Shown here one piece after another: positions 9,930-18,899 of a stretch of 64,000 nt of DNA. The notes beneath the pieces are model-generated. The model saw only the letters and a program-made list of their open reading frames with translations. It made no database searches and was not told where the DNA came from. This DNA comes from Myxococcota bacterium (GTDB lineage Bacteria > Myxococcota > JACRCW01): assembly GCA_040752415.1 (NCBI GenBank), contig JBFMGU010000009.1, positions 1 to 64,000 on the forward strand. Reading direction: 5' to 3'. The stretch's first letter is position 1, and each line of letters starts with the position of its first letter. Both the position numbers and the translations under genes were made by a program.

Positions 9930-10370
9930 TCAGAACCGGTACTGCTCGTGACAGCCGTTGCAGGTGGCCTGCACGTGCTGGAACCAGTGTTGGACCTGCG
10001 CATCATCCCCGCTGCCGGCCGCCTCCAACATGGCGCCTACGTCGCGGTGCAGCGTGGTGGCGTGGATGCGGAACGGGATGGTGTCGCCGTCCGGCATGGG
10101 AAAAGCCACCAGAGCCTTGGTCTGCGTGTGCAGGTGCTCCAGGGCGCGCAGGATGTCCTCGCGACGGTCCCCAGGCGGCCCCGGACGATGGAACAGCTCA
10201 TAGCTCACCGAGGTGAAAGCGGGGTTGAGCCGTTCCCGCATCAACACGTCCAGCTGCGCCTCCGCGGACGCCTGGGTTGGCCAGAACGCTCCCAGCAGCA
10301 ACACCACCGCCAACCCCACCAGCCCCCCGGCAGCCACCACGTGACGCATTTCCGGACTCCTATTTCCCAT
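9930..10370 (-). CDS. Helical c-type cytochrome (cytochrome c'-like, class II)
   Basis: Signal/TM segment, helical body, single C-terminal CNGCH heme motif; start may be 10349. Confidence 0.75.
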   Translation of the reverse strand: MGNRSPEMRHVVAAGGLVGLAVVLLLGAFWPTQASAEAQLDVLMRERLNPAFTSVSYELFHRPGPPGDRREDILRALEHLHTQTKALVAFPMPDGDTIPFRIHATTLHRDVGAMLEAAGSGDDAQVQHWFQHVQATCNGCHEQYRF

Positions 10371-11367
10371 GGACCGCGGGCTCCGCGTTGGAAGTGAGAC
10401 CCAGCTCGACGATCCGTCCGCTCAGGGACTCCAGGAACGCCACCAGGTCCGCCTGTTCCTGCGCGGACAGCTTCAGCGGCGTCATGCGATGGTCGAGGTT
10501 CTTCACCGGATTGCCGCCGCGGTCATAGTACGCAACCACTTCCGCCAGCGTGCGCAAGGAACCGTCGTGCATGTAGGGCGCGGTCCGGGCCACGTCACGC
10601 AGCGTGGGGGTCTTGAATGCGCCGGTGTGCTCGGGTTTGCCGGTGACGGTAGCGCGGCCGGGGTCCTTGCTCACGCCCAGCACGTGGAACTCCTCGTCGG
10701 AGAAGTTGATACCGGTGTGGCATTCACTGCACCGGGCCCGGCCGCCAAACAGCTCCAGGCCGCGTCGCGCGGAGGGGGAGAGCGCCGCCTCATCTCCGGC
10801 GAGGAAGCGGTCGAACGGGCTGTCCACCGACCACACCGTGCGCTCATACGCCGAGAGGGCCAACGCCAGCTTCTCCTCGTCGGGGCCGGCACCGAACACC
10901 GCGCGGAACTCCGCCACGTAGCCGGCGTCGGCGTTCAGGATGGCCAGCGCACGGGGCAGCGGCAGGTCCATCTCCAGCGGGTTGGCAATGGGGCCCAGCG
11001 CCTGCTCCTCCAGGGTGGCGGCGCGCCCGTCCCAGAACTGCCGGGCTCCCAGGGCGCGGTTGATGATGGTGGGCGTGTTGCGCGTTCCCTTGCGCGCCTG
11101 CACCCCCTCCGCCGTGGTCTTCCCGTCGGTGAAGGCCAGCTCCGGCTTGTGACACGACGCGCAGCTGAGTGTGCCGTCGCGGCTGAGGCGTGGCTCATGG
11201 AACAAACGTCGTCCCAGCGCGGCCATCCGCGGGCTCCACGCCGGGCCCGACCCGCCGGGCTCGGATGCATAGGCGGCGGGCCGCGGTGCGAGGGGTTGCT
11301 TGGCGCCCAACACCGCCAGTGGAAGCAACAGGAGCACCAGCATGCACCGAGCGAGATTCGGGTTCAC
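10360..11367 (-). CDS. Diheme cytochrome c peroxidase / MauG-MbnH family protein
   Basis: CASCH and CSECH; RNTPT, QFWDGRA, FKTPTLR, APYMHDGS, EVVAYY. Confidence 0.92.
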   Translation of the reverse strand: MNPNLARCMLVLLLLPLAVLGAKQPLAPRPAAYASEPGGSGPAWSPRMAALGRRLFHEPRLSRDGTLSCASCHKPELAFTDGKTTAEGVQARKGTRNTPTIINRALGARQFWDGRAATLEEQALGPIANPLEMDLPLPRALAILNADAGYVAEFRAVFGAGPDEEKLALALSAYERTVWSVDSPFDRFLAGDEAALSPSARRGLELFGGRARCSECHTGINFSDEEFHVLGVSKDPGRATVTGKPEHTGAFKTPTLRDVARTAPYMHDGSLRTLAEVVAYYDRGGNPVKNLDHRMTPLKLSAQEQADLVAFLESLSGRIVELGLTSNAEPAVHGK

Positions 11368-13199
11368 AGTTCATACCTCCGGGCCAAGGCGTTGAGTCGC
11401 GCGGACAGCTGCCGGAATGCCGCCGACGCGCTCTCCATGACGTGCGCCCCCTTCACCACCGCGCCCATGTTGCGGTCCATCTCCTCGAAGCTCACCGCAA
11501 TGCGACGGATGCCCTCGGACTGTTGCCGGGACTCCTCGCTGATGCGCTTGATGGCCAGCGTGTTCTGCCGCAGCACGCCCGCCAGCTCCTGGATGTTCTC
11601 GCTGGCGGTGCGGGCGCGCTGGATGGAGGTCTCGGCGCGACGGGTGGCGGCGGCGGTGGTGATGGCGGCCTCATGCACGCTGCGACGCGCCTCGCTCATC
11701 ACCCCGTCGGCGTTGCCCACGGTGGCCTGGGACGTCACGGCCAGCTCCCGGATCTCCGCGGCCACCTTGTCGACGAGCCGCTGCTGACCGGCGTTATCCA
11801 CCTGCGCGCGCAGGGCCAGGCGGCGGCTATGTTCGGCGAAGCCCCGCACCGCCTCCACCAGGGAGCCGACCTTGTCCCCCACCTGCACCATGCGACCGCT
11901 GATGTTCCCCAGCTGCTGTCCCAGCGACGTGATGGCGGCCATGGTCTCCTGCACCCCGCTCATGCCGGACTGCAGCAGGGCCTCGTTGTGGCGCGAGCGC
12001 GAGAGGTCGCGGAGGATCCGTTCGGCGTTGTCGCGCGCCTGCGCCGAGGCCCGGGAGAGCTCCTGCATGGTCTGCGTGGCGTCGCGCAGGACGGCGGCCT
12101 GCTGGCTGGCCAGGTTGAACTGGTGCACGGCGGTGCCTTGCAGGTTCCGGCAGTGCTGCTCAATGGCGGCGGCGGTGTCCTGCAGGTCCGCCACCATGCC
12201 ACGCAGGCTCTCGTTCATGTCCACGTAGGCACCGGCCAACATGCTGAGCTCGTCCTCGCGGGAGCCGGCCGCCAGCGCGCGCAGCTCACGGTCCTGGGCA
12301 CGCGCCTCCGCCAGGTTCCCGCGCGCCACGCACGTCACCGCGTGCGTGACCGAGGTGATCCGCTGCGCCAGCCGCCGCCCCATCAGCATGGACACCAGCG
12401 CCGAGAGCACAAAGGCCACCAGCCCCACCAGCAGCAGCCGACGGAGATGCTCGTGGTACACGCCGCGGGCCTGCACCTCGTCGCGCAGGAGCAGGACCTG
12501 CAGGTCGTTGAACGCGGCGCACGTCCCCAGGTGTGCACGCCCAGCAACCTCCAGCCCGACCCCGGCGGTGCACTCCGCGGCAAGCAACGCGGCGTCGTCC
12601 CCGTCATTGCTGCTGCGCGCCAGGATGCGCTCGCCCTGTCTCACCACCAGGGCCGCGCTCAGCTCCGCGGCCACCGCGGCAAGGAAGGCGTCATCCACGC
12701 GCCGCCCCACCACGACGTAGCCCGCCACCCGCGGCCCGTGCTCCACCGGCAGCGAGACCACCAGGTGCAGCACGCCATCCAACAACACCGGCCACACGCG
12801 GTCACTGCCCAACGTGTCGCCCGGCAGCGACAAGGACACGCCGCGTTCCGGGCTGGCGGCGCGGACCGCGCCCTCCGACGTCAGCAGCGCCAGCAGGTCC
12901 AGCTGCATGGTCTCGCGACGCTCCTGCGTGATGCCCATCAGCGTCGCGTCGTCCACGGCCTTGCTGGTCAGCGCCGACTGCAGCAGCGAGGAGACGGCCA
13001 ACGCCCGCCCCGACGCCTGGAGCACCACCGCCTCCTGCCCCAGCACCCGTTCCCAGCCGCGACGTGAACGGTCCAGCTCCAGCCGCAGCGTCTGCCCCAC
13101 CTCCCGGGATGCGGACCACGCCAACGCGCCCAGGCTTCCTCCCACCGCCATCAGTACGGCGGCCACGCTGGTCAGCCCCAGGCGGGTGGCGAGCTTCAC
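11364..13199 (-). CDS. Methyl-accepting chemotaxis-like membrane receptor (2 TM, Cache-like sensor, HAMP, degenerate MCP signalling domain)
   Basis: Two TM helices, HAMP REDELSMLAGAY, coiled-coil C-terminus with LALRAQ...VAAEIRELA. Confidence 0.8.
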   Translation of the reverse strand: MKLATRLGLTSVAAVLMAVGGSLGALAWSASREVGQTLRLELDRSRRGWERVLGQEAVVLQASGRALAVSSLLQSALTSKAVDDATLMGITQERRETMQLDLLALLTSEGAVRAASPERGVSLSLPGDTLGSDRVWPVLLDGVLHLVVSLPVEHGPRVAGYVVVGRRVDDAFLAAVAAELSAALVVRQGERILARSSNDGDDAALLAAECTAGVGLEVAGRAHLGTCAAFNDLQVLLLRDEVQARGVYHEHLRRLLLVGLVAFVLSALVSMLMGRRLAQRITSVTHAVTCVARGNLAEARAQDRELRALAAGSREDELSMLAGAYVDMNESLRGMVADLQDTAAAIEQHCRNLQGTAVHQFNLASQQAAVLRDATQTMQELSRASAQARDNAERILRDLSRSRHNEALLQSGMSGVQETMAAITSLGQQLGNISGRMVQVGDKVGSLVEAVRGFAEHSRRLALRAQVDNAGQQRLVDKVAAEIRELAVTSQATVGNADGVMSEARRSVHEAAITTAAATRRAETSIQRARTASENIQELAGVLRQNTLAIKRISEESRQQSEGIRRIAVSFEEMDRNMGAVVKGAHVMESASAAFRQLSARLNALARRYEL

Positions 13200-13399
13200 G
13201 GAAACGTCACATCTACAACGCGTATGCCAACGCCGGTTGGGGCGTTTTGGTTACTGGTTTTCCCGGGATCGCCGACGCGGATCACGGGATTTCCCCGGCT
13301 GGACCCGCGGGTTGAGGCACTCGGGGGACGACCAGCGAATCACCGTTGACTCAAATTGAAACACTTGTCTCGGCACACGGCATGGACTGTCTCACGCCC

Positions 13400-14002
13400 T
13401 CAACGCCACGTGGCCTCGAACATGGCGCGCGTCGTCGTGAAGTCCGTCAATGCCAGCTGCACGTCCTTGCCACCCGCAATCTCCATGGCGGCGCGGAAGG
13501 CCTGCGAGTAGCCCTTGCACACCAGCGGGGGCACCAGCCCGGGCGGGAAGTCCAGGCGCAGCGCGGCCCGCAACGTTTCCGGTGTGCTGGTCACCGTGAT
13601 GCCAATCCCGCGGTGCATCTGCCCCCACTTGCCACCCGCGCCGGCCAGCAGTCGGGGAATGCCAATGAGCTTGAAGAGCAGGCCGTACACCACTCCCGAG
13701 AGCAGCTCGCGATTGCCCTCGTAGATGAAGCGCAGGTAGCTCTCGTCGTCGGGGTGGTAGAGGTCGCGGATGGCCAGCCACACCGCGGTGACGTGGGCCT
13801 CCGGGAGCCAGCTGGTGGCGGCCAGGGTGGAACGGATGAGATGGACCAGCACGGGCGGCAACACGTCGGCGTCGCGCCGGATGGAGGTGCGGTTGATGGC
13901 ATTCATGAGCACCGCCGCCTTCACCTGGTGGGTGGCGTAGGAGTCCAGCCCCTGCGGCAGCGCAGCAACGTAGGCGTTCATGCGCTCGGGAATGGGCGCC
14001 AT
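13400..14002 (-). CDS. Hypothetical protein, possibly DUF2378/TIGR02265-like myxobacterial family
   Basis: Coding-like ORF from MAPIPERM; SWLPE...W motif and C-terminal FEATW. Confidence 0.6.
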   Translation of the reverse strand: MAPIPERMNAYVAALPQGLDSYATHQVKAAVLMNAINRTSIRRDADVLPPVLVHLIRSTLAATSWLPEAHVTAVWLAIRDLYHPDDESYLRFIYEGNRELLSGVVYGLLFKLIGIPRLLAGAGGKWGQMHRGIGITVTSTPETLRAALRLDFPPGLVPPLVCKGYSQAFRAAMEIAGGKDVQLALTDFTTTRAMFEATWR

Positions 14003-14086
14003 GGCCACGCATGCTAGACGAGATGCACCGCGACCGCGAGGTGGCTTGCTCCCCTGGCCATCGTCGGCAAGAAGTGCGGCACGGAG

Positions 14087-15238
14087 ATGACATCCATGGC
14101 CTCGCCCCTCAAGTTGGTCCTTCCCGCGACCCTGCTCGCGCTGGTGACGTCGTGCACCGCCTCTTCCACTGGTGACACGCAATCCAGCAGCACCACATCC
14201 TCGTCGTCGTCCGCCAGCAGCTCGGGCGGGATGTCCAGCTCGTCGTCATCCCAGGCTTCTTCCAGTGGGAGCGCCAGCTCGTCGTCGTCTTCCGTCGCCG
14301 GCAGCGGCAGCTCGTCGAGCTCCTCCGGCGGCAGCTCCGCCACCTCCAGCAACGCCACCTCATCCTCCAGCTCGAGCTCGGCATCCGTCGCCACGTCGTC
14401 GGGAGCGACGGGCACGTCCTCTTCGGGCGGGGCGTCCGGTACGACATCCACGAGCAGCGGAGCGTCGGGTGCGTCTTCCGCGAGCAGCACGTCGGGCGGC
14501 GCGGTATCCAGCACGTCGTCCGCGAGCAGCGGAACGTCCAGCGCGACTTCCGCGAGCAGCACGTCGGGCGGCGCGGTGTCCAGCACGTCTTCGTCGTCTG
14601 CCTCGTCCAGCAGCGGCGGGGGTGCCTGCTACCTCGACGACCAGCCGCACCTGGGCGAGGGCACCTATTACGGCGCCACGGGCGAGGGGAACTGCTCCTT
14701 CCCGGCCAGCCCGCAGGACCTGATGGTGGCTGCCATGAACGCGCCCGACTACGCGGGCTCCGCGGTGTGCGGCGCCTGCGCGCTCGTCGAGGGACCGGAC
14801 GGCTCGGTCACCGTGCGCATCGTCGACCAGTGTCCGGGATGTTTCTCCGGCGACCTGGACCTCAGCCCGGAGGCCTTCGCGCAGATTGCTCCGCTGGTGG
14901 CGGGCCGGGTGAGCATTTCGTGGCGCTTCGTCCCGTGTGAGCCGGTGGGTAACCTGCGCTACCACGTCAAGGAAGGCAGCAACCCGTACTGGATTGCGTT
15001 GCAGGTCCGCAATCACCGCAATCCTGTCGCCACCGTCGAGTACCTGGACAATGGGAGCTACGTGGGCATGCCGCGGGAGAGCTACAACTACTTCGTGGCG
15101 TCTTCGGGGATGGGAACCGCGCCCTACACCATCCGCGTCACCGACACGTTGGGCAACGTGCTCACGGAGACCTTCCCGGACCTCCCGGAGAACACCGAGC
15201 TGGAAGGCAGCGCGCAGTTCCCCGCCGCCTGTCCGTGA
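14087..15238 (+). CDS. Bacterial expansin (EXLX1-like DPBB + CBM63) lipoprotein with long Ser/Gly/Thr linker
   Basis: LVTSC lipobox; GEGTYY, CGAC...GPDGSVTVRIVDQCPGC...DLDLSPEAF; KEGSNPYWIALQVRNH. Confidence 0.92.
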   Translation: MTSMASPLKLVLPATLLALVTSCTASSTGDTQSSSTTSSSSSASSSGGMSSSSSSQASSSGSASSSSSSVAGSGSSSSSSGGSSATSSNATSSSSSSSASVATSSGATGTSSSGGASGTTSTSSGASGASSASSTSGGAVSSTSSASSGTSSATSASSTSGGAVSSTSSSSASSSSGGGACYLDDQPHLGEGTYYGATGEGNCSFPASPQDLMVAAMNAPDYAGSAVCGACALVEGPDGSVTVRIVDQCPGCFSGDLDLSPEAFAQIAPLVAGRVSISWRFVPCEPVGNLRYHVKEGSNPYWIALQVRNHRNPVATVEYLDNGSYVGMPRESYNYFVASSGMGTAPYTIRVTDTLGNVLTETFPDLPENTELEGSAQFPAACP

Positions 15239-15261
15239 GGAGCTTGGTCAGAACGGTCGGA

Positions 15262-15381
15262 CCGTGTTGACGAGGCCGACGAACACCCAACCCCCCACGC
15301 TTGAGCCACTGCGTCCACTGGACCCCGAGCGCAACGGCTTGAACGTGGGTGGTTGGGTGTTCGCCGGCCTCGTCGTCACGG
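15262..15381. repeat. Long imperfect palindrome (REP/MITE-like) between convergent genes
   Basis: GACGAGGCCGACGAACACCCAACCCCCCACG (15269-15299) pairs with CGTGGGTGGTTGGGTGTTCGCCGGCCTCGTC (15344-15374); arms homologous to the 28043-28382 element. Confidence 0.8.
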
Positions 15382-15410
15382 ACGCTCGTCCTGCCGCAAC
15401 CCGTGACGCC

Positions 15411-16151
15411 TCACGGCCGCTGCGCCACCACCGCCCACAGCCGGCCCGCGGCCTCGTGGCGCAGGACGTGGAAGCCGGCGGCCTCCAGCTGCTCCTTCAC
15501 CCACGTCGTGGCGAGACGCAGCTTGCGGTAGCTGCTCCTGTGCAGCGTCCAGCCCGACTCCGTGCGCACGTGGATGAGGTCATGCACCACCACCGTCTCC
15601 GGCTCGTACTCCAGGAAACACGTCATGATCCGGTCCGCGTCGCTGCGCACCGGGATGAAGCGGTCCACACCCCGCAGCTCGGTGGTCAGGTCGCGGAAGG
15701 TGAGCACCAGCAGGCCACCGGGCCGCAGCACGCGCAGCACGTCGTGGAAGAGGCGTGTGACGTCGTCACGCGTGTCCAGGTGCGTCAACGTGTCCCCCAT
15801 GCAGACCACCACGTCCGCTTCCCGCACCTCCAGCGACGCCACGCGGCGCAGGTCGTCCCGGACCACGCGGACGTCCCGAGCACCCTTGCGCTGCGTCAGC
15901 TCCTCCAGCAGCTGCGCGTTGTCGTCGACGGAAACGACGCGGTAGCCCAGGCGCGCCAACGCCACGGACTGGAAACCCGAGCCCGCGCCCAGGTCCACGG
16001 CGGTTCCCCCCGGGCTGCCAGGCACCCCCAGCGTGCGCAGCAGCGCCTCCTGCTCGGCGACCTTCTCGTCGAAGTCGCCAGACATCCACGTGTAGTGCGC
16101 GGCCAACAGCTGCGCGTAGTGCTGGGAGGCGCCGCCCACGGGGCGGGTCAT
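15411..16151 (-). CDS. Class I SAM-dependent methyltransferase
   Basis: VDLGAGSG motif I; VVCMGDTLTHL; VLRPGGLLVL. Confidence 0.9.
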   Translation of the reverse strand: MTRPVGGASQHYAQLLAAHYTWMSGDFDEKVAEQEALLRTLGVPGSPGGTAVDLGAGSGFQSVALARLGYRVVSVDDNAQLLEELTQRKGARDVRVVRDDLRRVASLEVREADVVVCMGDTLTHLDTRDDVTRLFHDVLRVLRPGGLLVLTFRDLTTELRGVDRFIPVRSDADRIMTCFLEYEPETVVVHDLIHVRTESGWTLHRSSYRKLRLATTWVKEQLEAAGFHVLRHEAAGRLWAVVAQRP

Positions 16152-16501
16152 GGATCCACGAGCGTGTAGCCATCCTCGTCGCAGATGGGCTTCACGTCGT
16201 CACGGGTGCGGACGGGCTCGGCGCCCTCGGCGCGGTAGTACCAGTCCGTGGCCACCATGGCGGGATTGGTTTCCCCGCGACACCCCGCCACCAGGTCCTC
16301 CCGCGGACACGGCCCTTCCACCGGAGAGCCCTTGGTCACCTCGCAGATGGCCATGAACGCGGCGCCGGCCGCACCTTCACGCTCCTGGCAGCGCGGCGGA
16401 GTCTCCACCTCGCGGAAGTCACAGTGGGTCACGCCCCAGACGTACCCGCACGACTGCAGCGCCCACATGGTCATCAGCAAACAGGTTGCACGCTTCAACA
16501 T
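16148..16501 (-). CDS. Small Cys-rich lipoprotein
   Basis: Lipobox-like ALQSC; six further Cys; stop overlaps the methyltransferase start. Confidence 0.65.
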   Translation of the reverse strand: MLKRATCLLMTMWALQSCGYVWGVTHCDFREVETPPRCQEREGAAGAAFMAICEVTKGSPVEGPCPREDLVAGCRGETNPAMVATDWYYRAEGAEPVRTRDDVKPICDEDGYTLVDP

Positions 16502-16630
16502 CCTCACACCCTCCAGCGCGACGCCACGACGGAACGTCGCTGCTCGCCGTGATGGTCCCTGCCCCCAGAGACGGGAGGGGAACCTACACCGAGTCCGGAA
16601 GGCGCCAAAGGGTGTGGGGAAGACGGGGTT

Positions 16631-17308
16631 TCAGTCGTGGACCAGGCCCACGTACCAGCGCAGCAGCTCACCCGCGCCCAGGATGCCCACCGCCGCGCCA
16701 TCCTCATCCTTCACCAGCACATAGGGCGCGTTGCGTCCCGCCACCACCATGCTGGCATCCGCCACCGAGGTGCAGTCCCGCACGGAGGGCACGTTGGTCA
16801 TCATGACGTCGCGCGCGGTGAGCGTACCGGTGTCCTGAGGCGTGGCTCCCTCCGGCGCACCCGCCTTCAGTCGCCGCGCGAGCTCCTCCTGGGACACCAC
16901 CCCCAGCGGTGCGCTGCCCGCATCGACGACAGCGATGGCCGAGAGCCCGCGCGCCACCATGAGTCCCAGCAGCGCCTGCGCGTTCACATCCGGCGGAGCG
17001 AAGACGGATTGCGCCGGCAGGAGCTCCCACACCGGCGTCAACACGGCGGGATGACGCGCGTCCTTCTCCGCGTCGACGCCACCATTCGGCAAGGCGCTGC
17101 GACACACCATGGCGGTGATGGACCCGTTCTCATCCCGCTCGAAGCCGTCAAAGCTCTCACAGGACACGCAGGCATCCGAGTTGACCCAGCGCGCATTGTG
17201 CGAGCAGCGCGCCAGCCGCTCCATCATCGTGGACCTCGGCGAGTTGTCGATGATGCGCGTGAGAATCTTCATCCTGATCAACCCGTCCGACGAGCTTCCG
17301 TGCTCCAT
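16631..17308 (-). CDS. CBS-pair protein with N-terminal 4-Cys segment
   Basis: ATG at 17308 with GGAGG; AVVD...PLGVVS, TARDVM, VGILG CBS motifs. Confidence 0.8.
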   Translation of the reverse strand: MEHGSSSDGLIRMKILTRIIDNSPRSTMMERLARCSHNARWVNSDACVSCESFDGFERDENGSITAMVCRSALPNGGVDAEKDARHPAVLTPVWELLPAQSVFAPPDVNAQALLGLMVARGLSAIAVVDAGSAPLGVVSQEELARRLKAGAPEGATPQDTGTLTARDVMMTNVPSVRDCTSVADASMVVAGRNAPYVLVKDEDGAAVGILGAGELLRWYVGLVHD

Positions 17309-17339
17309 CCGCTGCCTCCGCACGCTAAGCGCTCACGCC

Positions 17340-17355
17340 TGCTTGCGCCATGCCA
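17340..17355 (-). promoter_or_regulatory. Putative sigma54 (-24/-12) promoter for the CBS gene
   Basis: Minus strand TGGCATGGCGCAAGCA = GG-N10-GC, about 30 bp upstream of the start. Confidence 0.5.
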
Positions 17356-17458
17356 TCTAGCACGTGGGAGCGTGCCCTGAGGTGACGTCGGTGAGCGCCC
17401 TGCTCGCGCTGACGCGCAGAATGTTCTGCTGGCCACCGGGCGCAAAATTCTCGCCCCC

Positions 17459-17929
17459 TCATGCGGTCACCACCCCCAGGTGCGCCAGGACCTCCTCGCG
17501 CGCGCCACTGACAAGCTGGAAGGACGCATCCGGGCCCACCACGCCGTGGCCCGCCAGCTCCGCCACCGCCCGCGCGGCATTGCGGAACTGCACCCCCGCG
17601 CCGCCGCCGCCGAGTCGCAAGGGCGCGCGGAACTTCAGGTCAATGACGAAGACACGCCTTCGCTCCGGTGTGGTGGCGGACATGTCCACGACGACGAAGT
17701 CCCCGCAGAAGCGCTGCTGGTTGCTGCGGAAGACCCAGTAGTTGGAACGGCGCTGGAGCAGGTCCAGGACGAACTCGCGCTCGTCGTTCTTGAACTCGAA
17801 CACCGGCCCCAGGACGGAGACATCCCGGGGATGGATGTGTGGCGTGGCGGCGAGAATGCCCGACGCGGAGCGCGCCCTGCGCAGGATGGGCAGGGGCACC
17901 CTCAACACCAGGGGAGGGAACCGGAACAT
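17459..17929 (-). CDS. Hypothetical protein with a PD-(D/E)xK-like motif
   Basis: E...CGDFVVVD...VFVIDLK arrangement. Confidence 0.65.
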   Translation of the reverse strand: MFRFPPLVLRVPLPILRRARSASGILAATPHIHPRDVSVLGPVFEFKNDEREFVLDLLQRRSNYWVFRSNQQRFCGDFVVVDMSATTPERRRVFVIDLKFRAPLRLGGGGAGVQFRNAARAVAELAGHGVVGPDASFQLVSGAREEVLAHLGVVTA

Positions 17930-18141
17930 GAATGACCATGCACGGCGCCGTCTTGCGACCACGCCGCGAACGCGGTGGACGTGATGGGTGGGAAGGCGCT
18001 GCTCCGTCGTCACCGTGGGTGACTCAGGAGCGGGGGCTCATCCGAAACGTCTGAGGCGCAGCATGGTCATGGGAGTGCGCTCCGTGGGGCGACGGTGCGC
18101 AATGTAGCGGGAGCGCGGGTCCCTTCCAAGTCCGCGAGCGC

Positions 18142-18756
18142 TCACGGCGTGGGGGCGGGCTGCTCCGGAGTCTCCGTGGCGGGAGCCTTCACGACGGGAC
18201 GACGTGCCAACGGCCCATCCGGCGACCACGCCACGAACCCCGCGGCAAGCCCCACGGCCACCCCGAGCGCGAACGCCACCACCGTCCCAACCATGGACGC
18301 GCCAGCCGGCCGGACCGCGGGTGTCGTCGGAGCCGTCTCCCCGCGAGGCTGCACGAGCTCCGTGATGAGCCGCGCCATGATGGTCTGTTCGGCCAGCTTG
18401 CGGGTCAGCTCGTCGATGAACTGGCCGTAGCTCGTCTCATCCAGCTTGAGATCGTCGGTGCCGCGGGCCTGTTGCAGGCTTCGCAGCGACGCATAGCTGC
18501 GCAGGTGCGCCGTGCCCGCGCCCAGGTCAATGAAGCCACACACGAACGGACCATCCGTCCCCTCGACGGGGACCAGGTGGATGGACTGACGGGCCTGCTT
18601 GCCTCCGTCGGTGCTCTCCACCTCCGGCGCCACGAACTTCACCTTGCGCGGCACCGCGCCCTGCACCACCGTCTTCACGAAGTACTCGGAAAGCACGTCG
18701 GTGAGATTGAACGCGCGCTGCGCGAACACCGTCCTGGCGGGCCCTGGCGTCGTCAT
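18142..18756 (-). CDS. Hypothetical protein with C-terminal TM helix
   Basis: Coding-like ORF; STDGGKQARQSIHL; hydrophobic C-terminal segment. Confidence 0.7.
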   Translation of the reverse strand: MTTPGPARTVFAQRAFNLTDVLSEYFVKTVVQGAVPRKVKFVAPEVESTDGGKQARQSIHLVPVEGTDGPFVCGFIDLGAGTAHLRSYASLRSLQQARGTDDLKLDETSYGQFIDELTRKLAEQTIMARLITELVQPRGETAPTTPAVRPAGASMVGTVVAFALGVAVGLAAGFVAWSPDGPLARRPVVKAPATETPEQPAPTP

Positions 18757-18899
18757 CGGAGTCCCTTCCCTTCTTCCCATTCGGATTTCGCGGCTGTGTA
18801 GCCCGATTCGGGTTCCGCCGTCACCTCACGCTCGGGCGCAACCTGTACCGTCGGACAACCCGCTTGCGCGACGGCACGGTTCCGTGGAATGGCCCGCGC

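Noticed and set aside
13213..13229. Sigma54-like TGGCATACGCGTTGT upstream of the MCP operon
   Set aside because: The -12 element is GT rather than GC and sits only about 13 bp from the start codon; too weak to call.
14014..14586. Asp/Glu/Leu-rich ORFs (also 30753-31088 and 37177-37737)
   Set aside because: Alternative-strand readings of poly-Ser linkers.
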